From NCBI GenBank assembly GCA_003344405.1, contig NOWV01000014.1, positions 620,001 through 684,000 on the forward strand: DNA of 64,000 bases, given 5' to 3'. Below are positions 38,701-64,000 of this stretch, piece by piece. The position numbers and the translations under genes were made by a program. Source of the DNA: Trichoplax sp. H2 (Eukaryota). Each line of letters begins with the position of its first letter. Position 1 is the stretch's first letter. Under the pieces are notes generated by a model, which was not told where the DNA came from, did no database searches, and saw only the letters and a list, made by a program, of their open reading frames with translations.

Positions 38701-41700
38701 TGTAGGCCAAAATGAATTAAAAATAAGTGGTTATGTTACATAATACAACGGAAATTCATTTAATATCTAACTCCTGCCAGATAAAATTTGGCAGTCAAAT
38801 CCATTGCAATACTCAATGTAATGATAATTACACAAAGAATTGAGAGCCATTGGTATTTTTTCCGCGATTGGCCATAGATAGTAGAAAGGAATCCTCATGC
38901 TTTAAAGTTAAATTTTCATCTATTTATTATGAATATAGTTGACAATAATTAATGACGACCTCTCTCATGGGTAGGGCTAAATCAAAGCCATCTCGATTTT
39001 CTTACCATTAAAAGTTCCTCCATATATTGATTCACCACCAGTGCCATCACCTGTTGGTAATGCAAACATCAAATGTATGAGTAGGTGTCACAATAAATTG
39101 CTAATAAGCAATAATTTGGTTGGTATCTGCTTTTCGAACCTAAAATTTGTTTTATAATGAATTAAATTAATCTAAGAGTACAGTATATACAGTAGGCAAA
39201 GACAATGTGACATGATTAATACCTATACGAAAGTATAACTCCTATTTTGGTCTAATTGGGGGTTTATGCATATGGAAGTAACGTATAGGGTTACTTTCAT
39301 TGTAGACGAAGTACTGTGCTATAAAATTGAATTTGAATTTTTCATTGTAATTTTTAATTAAAACTATAACTTTATAGAACCGTAATTGGTAGTTGTTGCA
39401 ATTAAATGAGTTAATGGTAAAAACTGGCTTCGTACCATTACTCGCATATAATATTAAAGTCATCATCTTTAAGTAGGATAAAAGGGAGTGATTAGCGAAT
39501 AGTATAAGTAAATGAAAAGAAGCTACAGAATCAAGCACTACTCGAGATGATCTATTATCAGTGGTTGTATTCCTAAGCTAACAGATATTCATTGAAAGAG
39601 TGATATCGACGTCATGCACTACTTATGAAACAGTAACAAGTCTTTAAATATAGTACAACGTGATTTGGGTCACATACTGTACAATAGTGTACTGTACATC
39701 TATCTTACGTACAATAAATACAGCAACTAGAAGATAACGTTAGTACTACAATTATAGCATCGAAGAAATCATAACCTTGTAACCAACTGAGTAAAAACAA
39801 CACTTTAAATTAATTTATTTCTAGCTCATCTTACAGTATTCATCGTCGATTAATTATTACCTGATGTAAAGTCGCCACCTTGAATCATAAAACCTTTAAT
39901 GATGCGATGGAAAGGGGTATCCTTATAATGCAAAGGCTTATACGTAGTCTTGCCAGCTCCTTTTTCCCCTGTAGTAAAGTTGTTAACAATTGTAGAAACG
40001 CATGATACATAATTATAAAAAGCACACAGAATACTTGTAACAGTTATTATCATTTCCAGTACAGTTATTGCAAGCAATAAGTTAAAATATCGCATTAAAC
40101 TACACTGCAATAACCTTGAAAATAACAGTCCACAGTATGTAGAATATTTAGATCTAACTAGCAAACATTTCACACTAGCGCTATGGAAGCATAAGATAAG
40201 TAAATTAGCTTATGCATTTCCATTTTAAATTCATAAAATGATACTGATATAAGCAGTACTAAATACTAAAATCAAATGCCTATATCTTTTTACCTGTACA
40301 TAGAGCACGAAAGTTTTCACAGGTAATAGGACAGTCATCCGCAAACAATTCGAATATTATTCGTCCAGCTATAAACAACATCGTATTTCATGATTAGATT
40401 ATAGTGAAAGTGAAATATAGAATAAGTTTACACGCATTTTATCATGGAACACCGTAAGCGGAAAATAGTTACTATACGCGTATGAGCGATGATGTATAAG
40501 TTATTATTTCCGTATTGAAACTGCTTTGCTCCAAAAAGTTAGAATAACCGTCGTCGCATGCGATCTCGTAGACTATTCTTTATCCTAGTCCTATTCTGCT
40601 GCATGATTGTGTATATGGGTATCGTAGTAAGTGGATTAATCAAGTAAATGCGGATTACTGCTGCAGCCCTCCTCGTTCAGTGCTTATGGAAAATATCACA
40701 GCAATGCGTAATTAGTGTACCCGAGTAGGGAAATAAGACTAGGCCAACCTTGACATGAATCAGATTCATTACAAAAGGTAATCACGCGAGTTATTTACTT
40801 TCAGGACGTAGTAATACTATCATCTCCGTTTGACTAGGCTGTCAAAGTATAGCAATATACTCTTTATTAAGGTCTATTAGCATTCAGTAAATGTGTAAGT
40901 ATTTGAATACACTCAAGCAGTGAATAGCTTTGAGGATATTAACTCTAAATCTGGGGGCTACTTTTGCTATCCCGACAATCAAGTACTGTATTATTATAGC
41001 TTGCATTGACCAATACCGTCGATCGTTGCATACCGTAGTAATAGGCTATGCGACTCCTATTACATTACTAAGGTATCGCGTTAGCTTATGCATGTCTATT
41101 TCTCATCGCAAGAAAAGGACTTTCAAAAAGTATCAAGAAGCACAAGTTAAACCCAACCCGTCCAGCGAACAGTAAGTAAGCATACGGTAATGCTACGCAA
41201 ACCAGCATGCAAGATAAAATGTGGCAATTGTAAAACTTTGATGCAAGTACTGAGCAGATTCAGCACTTAGCATAGTCAGAAGATGCTATTTTCCAGATAG
41301 AACGAGAAACTGATTTGTTTCTTCAACAATAAAATAGAAAGTTCTCTCATTCCTGTTAGACCATTAGGTTACAGTATTGTTCTGGCAGTTCATCGCTTAC
41401 TCTGATCGTCGGTAAAACTATCCTGTCGACCTCAATCTTCAGTTTAGGAAACAGATCTTGGTCAGTAGCATAGATAGAAGATACTATTTTCCAGACAGAA
41501 TGAGAAATTGATTCGATTCTTCTACAGTGCACTAGAAAGTTCTCTCATCCCTACTAGACTATTGGGTTAGAATATTGTTCTCGTAGTCCATTGCTTACTC
41601 AGCTTCGTCTTTCAGTTGAACGAACAGATCGTCGTCAGAAGCATAGTCCGAAGACGTTATTTTCCAGGTCCAGAGTCATAGTCCAAAAATTGCTATCATA

Positions 41701-42080
41701 AGTCACAATAGTCGGCACAAAACCAACGTTAAGCCATTTACTACCCTAGCCAATTCTATTGTCAACCAGCTTGGAGCTAAGTAGCTATAGCACATCAACT
41801 AGCTACAACTAGCTAAATGATCCAACTATTCGACTTTCAAATTGTCGATGATTGCCACTATTCGTTTGCTTTTTGAAGAGTAACTAAGTGAGAAATAGCA
41901 AAGCATTGCAGCTCGTCCTAACAGTATATCACACCACAGCAATCAACACGGAACCAAGACCGCTTCTATGGCGGTCCATCCTTTCTTCAACGACAGCTTA
42001 ATCATTGTAAACTTACCTGGTACTTTATTAATCTCAATATCGAAGAAACATCGAACTCTATTGGAAGCTTTCTTAGGCAT
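35750..42080 (-). CDS. PPIG: SR-cyclophilin, peptidyl-prolyl isomerase G/NKTR (Moca) family
   Basis: Exons give [94 protein letters not shown] and [15 protein letters not shown]. These are followed by a K/S-rich segment, GRRLRGRG and a long RS domain (about 36437-37250). The likely short last exon is 35750-35766 (GDAKK*); otherwise the stop is at 36395. Confidence 0.9.
41268..41668. repeat. Degenerate ~170-200-bp tandem repeat (about 2.3 copies) in PPIG intron 1
   Basis: AGCATAG...GAAGA...TATTTTCCAG at about 41269, 41467 and 41640. AGAAAGTTCTCTCAT and TATTGTTCT..GCTTACTC each occur twice. Confidence 0.8.
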
Positions 42081-42473
42081 TGCTGCTGGCTAAAAGTCGA
42101 CGATGAGTTCGGGATAGCAAGATGGAGGAGTCGAAAGCTAGAATGAAGGAGAAATGCAACTTTCTATCCTTGTCACTAACATCATCGAATTGACGCGTAT
42201 GGTACAGTATGTGTCTCGGACACATGTTTGAGATGTATTACAGAGAACGCTAGCATGCTAGGCCAAGTTTCCTTTAGCCAAAGTGACGGACTGTAGAGGT
42301 ACTGAAGTATGCGATAGCGTCTATACTGTAGTCATACTACTGTACAATTCTGTCTTATTAACTTGCACTACAGAAGCAGTATGGAATCCGCTACGGAAGG
42401 ACGGTATCAGGAACGCATGCGTCTAGGTTGAGATCCTTTATAGTAATAATTTTACTGAAATTGGCGACCTTTT

Positions 42474-42546
42474 GGCCTCGTGGCCTAATGGATAAGGCGC
42501 CAGCCTCCGGAGCTGGAGATTGCGGGTTCGAGTCCCGTCGAGGTCG
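42474..42546 (+). tRNA. tRNA-Arg(CCG)
   Basis: 73-nt cloverleaf: acceptor stem GGCCTCG/CGAGGTC, D-arm TGGCCTAATGGATAAGGC, anticodon arm CCAGC-CT-CCG-GA-GCTGG and T-arm GCGGG-TTCGAGT-CCCGT. Confidence 0.97.
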
Positions 42547-43014
42547 TTCTGTTATTGTTGCAGAGTACTTCCATACTAGACTAGCATAAGATCTCGTTCA
42601 GGAGTGCAAAATTTATACTACCGTATCGATGGGTACATTATGGATTTTATTCGACAATTTTTTTGGGGGGTTTGGTAGACGAGCAGTAGCTCCAACATCA
42701 AGGTTTCGCCATTTTGAGGGCTAATCCATCGTTATTTCATACCATTAGTCATCGCAAGTGGTTGTTTCTGAGATAGATTAAGTTTTGTTAGAGCTTTGAA
42801 GAGTATTTCAATCATTTTAACAATTAGTCCTAGCTACATCGACGAGGAGGTTCCCCTTGCATTGTAGTACTCCAGGAAAGAATCTGCAGCAGCATTGCAG
42901 TGCAGTCGTAGAAGAAGATCAACTTGCTGGAAAGTTCAATTGCAAGGGTAATTTGGCCTTGCTTTCACAATTCTTAAACGCCTAACAAACGCCTTTGAAG
43001 CAGTAAAAGCCAAG

Positions 43015-45257
43015 ATGAGATTTAAGGCCAAACTTTTGGATATTAACTGCATGCAACAACTAACTCGTAAGTCATGCAATATCTTGTCGTATTTATTATG
43101 GATTTCACAGAGAAGTATACAGTACTCCAATTCATTTCTCCAATTGAAAGCTAAACAGACGCTTGTTTCAGTAGTGTGTTTACTATATTTATTGGATTGT
43201 ATTATCTTACTTTTACACTAATAGATGTGTCCTATTTACTTTGGGTAATATTACTACAGAAATAGTCTGTCTTTGCCATTCTATGTACTGTACACTTGCA
43301 CGGTCGTTGATTTACCTTTGTTATTATCTGCATCGAGAAAATGATGCAAGCTCTTGACATTCACTAGACTTACCTTTATGTTATTATCTGCATCGAGAAA
43401 ATGATGCAAGTTCTTGACATTCACTAGATCTTCATGGATTAATGAATGATGACAATCAATAACTACTCCCAATACTGTAATGGAATGAAATGTACTTTTT
43501 TTCTCCTATTTTGATAGGTGTTGGCGCGAGTATGTCACGAATGACCAAAAACTGTGTGCTATGCCTTGCTCCCAAGAAAATTGTCTTTGTAAGCAATGAA
43601 AGAATTTCCGAAGGTGGCACTAGAATATGGTGTGAAATACAGCAGGTTAGAACGCTTGTCGATGATACTGTAACTCCACTGTTGATACTAACCAAATAGT
43701 CGTCACACTTGAAGAAAATTGCTTCAGTTTTACGCATCGGAAAAGTTTAGTATACAACATGTACTTGCATCATGCTACTGTAATCAATAAAAGGATATGA
43801 GATTGATCTACCAACAATTTTCTTAGGAAACATTATTTGATGACTATCGCATTGAAGGGAAAGATAATAGCAATCGTATCTTCTTGGAACTCATTACAGA
43901 CAACTTTGCTAGAGCATTAAAATCGATCCAATTTGGCGTAGTTTCAGTTAAAATACGGTTAACCAAAAAGTATACGCCTTGCCTAACAATAGAAATTGTA
44001 ACTGTAAGTTCTACATTAGCACTTTTCGATCTAAAGTGCGTTGCTAAATATCAAATTTGAGCTTGTATAGTTCGTCATTCGATAGCCTCTGATTGTTGTA
44101 CAGTACCTAGCTGGCTATTAGAGATGTTCCTACCTGACACTAATTGTCATCGTTTGATCCAGTTACATGATTAGTGATACTTTTAATATAGCATAATTGG
44201 ACTAATATGGTATGCATATATTATTAGTACAGTATTCAGTAAACGAATGATGGATTTATACGAACAAAACACGTTTCCAAAATTACACTTAGGATAGTAG
44301 CTCTTATTCCATTTATTATAGGCTTACGGAAATTCAAACAGAATAATAACACACGATGTACCTGTTGTCATTGTTCCACAACGGGACTGGTACGAATATG
44401 AAGAACCCGATATGCCCCAATTTGATGTAAGCTGCAAGATAGATTAAGAATTTAACAACTGCTTTATCATAATAGTCAATAATTTCGATATCGATAGTGT
44501 ACCAAATAAAAAGAATATTGCTATTTTTACTATGGAATTTAGGTTAGCATTTACATGCCACAAATGAAAGTATTAAAACAAGTGATTGATAGAATGAAGA
44601 ACTTGAGCGAACACCTGGTATTGTACAACATGGATACTTATAGTTGATGCTATTTTGAATTCTTTTATAATAATATTGATAGAACAAGGGCTATTTTATG
44701 TTCGCTATATTGATAAATTTAATTGACTGCTAGTAATTTCTTGCTTTATAAATTATATCAAGGTAATTACTGCTGATCAAAAAGGCAACATGACTTTGAA
44801 AACTCAAAATGACATTGTCACGGTAGAAACGCATTTTAAGGATCTCGGTAATCCCGTTTGGGGTAAGTTGCTAAATGTATTTCATAGAAGAGCTATACCC
44901 ACATCACATTACTAGATCTATGCCATTGATAACATGAAATTATCCCCATGACATTCTTTAGCTAACGATGCTGCAAACAACAGGAAAGAGGCATCGACGC
45001 AAATAGGGGCGATGGAAGCCTGTATTTATATTAAGAAACTGGCTCAGCTATTGCAGGGCCAACAGATTAACCCGTCAAAGATTATTTGCAGTAAGTTATA
45101 GACTTTATAAAAAATAACTTTTGATAACTATTAATAGCATAATAGATTTAATAGATGCAATTGCTTTATCCTAGATCTATTGGCAGAAAAAGCTATTCAT
45201 ATTTATTTAGTTAGTGAGGACGTCATTCTCCAATACTACATTCCTGCTGCCATGTAA
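43015..45257 (+). CDS. HUS1: Checkpoint clamp (9-1-1) subunit HUS1, 8 coding exons
   Basis: MRFKAKLLDINCMQQLTR|VGASMSRMTKNCVLCL..GGTRIWCEIQQ|..FDDYRIEG..VKIRLTKKYTPCLTIEI|..ITHDVPV..EPDMPQFD|VSIYMP.MK.LKQVIDRMKNLS|..VETHFKDLGNP|..|LQYYIPAAM*. Confidence 0.94.
43312..43428. repeat. ~60-bp tandem duplication in HUS1 intron 1
   Basis: TGTTATTATCTGCATCGAGAAAATGATGCAAG(C/T)TCTTGACATTCACTAGA occurs twice. Confidence 0.9.
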
Positions 45258-47322
45258 ATATCCGTCTCCGACCAATTTTCATTTTTTATCCTACCGGATT
45301 ATATTGTTAAAGAGATTATTAGTTACCCACGGAAGTTATTACTTGTTGTAAATAAGGGATGCAATCAACTTTGCGAATTATGTTATATTCTGCTTATTCT
45401 TTAACATCATTTCTGATCATTTCTATGTCATTCATTTTGACATTGTCATCGTTAATCTTCGAGTACTTCCGTGGCATGGAAAAATGTTATGGTGTATATT
45501 TAGAATCGCTTGAACTCTTTTGTACTGTAGTACAAGCGAAATAGTAAGTGATCAATGTATATTTGTAATTGTTTTTTACCAAAATCACTGTCATACTATT
45601 ACAGCAACTATTTCTATCAAGCAATAAATATGGCAATTGATATAATTGTATTAGTAATGTGTGTTACATACGCTGTTTGCTAAATTATGGGCTATATAAG
45701 AAGAGGCATCATTAATTTACTAGCTACACGTCCTATTCGAGCCATTATCGTACAGTATTTTCAATCTACTGTCATTCCGATTACGACAGAGATTTTAATA
45801 CGTTAAACTTTAGCTAGCCAATATATTTACGCTTAATGATGCGTTTTAACAGCGTATAATGCCTGTGGATATTTATTACTATTACAATTAGAAAGTCTAG
45901 ATTTAAATAATGAATTACGCATTGGCCAAGCATAACTACTTTTAATTCCGAATATGATAATCTCGATTTTCTCCTATCTTTTCGTCACTCTATCGCTTTC
46001 ATCAATATGTTTACAAATGCCTTTTAGTCACTATCTTCAAATTTACTTCTATACTACTCCTTATGATAGAAATCTATTTATTAATACTGTATAAACATTT
46101 AATCTCTTATTTACGACTGCGATAACCAGTTCCGTGTTTATCTTCCGCTATATCTAGCCTAAATCAATGGCTTTCCTACTTTCGTTGTCAATGAAATTAC
46201 CCCTTTCCCACACAAAAAAAAGAATTTTGTGTTAATTTCGTATTCCACATACGCGTAGTTTATTCCGTTATCATAATCAGTCGCTCTTCTTTTCCATTTA
46301 TCTACTGGCTTGCATTGCTATTTATTGCATTACTATATTGACGTAGACGAGTATTATCATAATTTATATTAGGCTATTTTCTACCATTACACTTTACCCA
46401 AATATGAAAATTAGAGGTTGTTATAACGTTATAACCTATTACGTTCTGCAGGTACAATAACAATCCAGTTGGTTGTATAGTTACTTTACCTATCCGCAGG
46501 CCAATTGTGCAATAAAAGATTTTCGACTAGTGTGTAAAATGAGTTGTCACTCTGTTGACGTCGCGCTCTCTATTTTAATAGTAGATTGTCTCATATCTCA
46601 AGACAAAAAAGAAAACTTTAGGCGTGACAATTTATTTGCACAAACACGAACATACTGTTAGAAACTCAAGTCTACGGCATAGAAGTTAGAGAAACAATCG
46701 CTAATATAGACTATTGTAGCTCACAATTCTATCTAAGAACTATACGCTCATTTCAATAATACTACCGCAACATATGCTGCAAAGCTATACTGTAATAAGG
46801 ATCATTTATTATCGTTTGTCTGCCCTACAAGGTAAAGTTCAAACCGACCAACAGCCCGGGGGTGAACACAGTCCACACCTTTCCCATCATTTCAAATCAA
46901 TAATAACCCTCATCTATGGTTGGTTATATACTTGCTTCACTAAGGAAATAATCCAACTTTTAGCCAAGAAGAAGCTGGTAAAGAAACTTGATCTTGATTT
47001 GAATTTCAGCCAGGTATTCTATCCATGATCATTCCTGCTCTTATACGATCGTAACCATCGCTCAACCAACGACGATTGCCTTTCCATCACGTTATAGTGG
47101 ATATGGACGATTATCCTTGCTATTAGAATCGTTGTTAAGATTCAAGTAGAAGCCGATTATTTTCCCCCCTTTCGTCCCTTTCACCCTTTCTAGTATTGCT
47201 ATTATCTCTATCAACAATTGATTACTTTAGGCTTCGTAGTCATTTCCAATCAGTGGAATAATATAGACATTGATTGAAATTGAATATCGTTTAGTGATCG
47301 GTCAACCCAGAGCCTATGCGAT

Positions 47323-64000
<16,678 letters not shown>

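Overview
AT-rich, intron-dense animal genomic DNA. The short introns, compact genes and gene set resemble a placozoan such as Trichoplax, but that is inference. Six spliced protein-coding genes were traced exon by exon: RNF32 (+), VPS16 (-), a transmembrane semaphorin with FN3 domains (-), the SR-cyclophilin PPIG (-), HUS1 (+) and an AGAP-family ArfGAP (+, running off the window end). There is also a tRNA-Arg(CCG). Both 20-N gaps are flanked by duplicated, probably allelic sequence. The most notable signals are two U12-type introns in VPS16 (one AT-AC), the Sema-PSI-FN3-FN3-TM architecture, an array of 83-bp fold-back units inside TIR-like ends with variable copy number, chains of TA-CWG-TA resembling Tc1/mariner excision footprints, and a degenerate GTPase domain in the AGAP. 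I found no prokaryote-type system (CRISPR, operon) and no autonomous transposase. Gene symbols rest on recalled family motifs, not on database searches, and internal exon boundaries are hand-derived.
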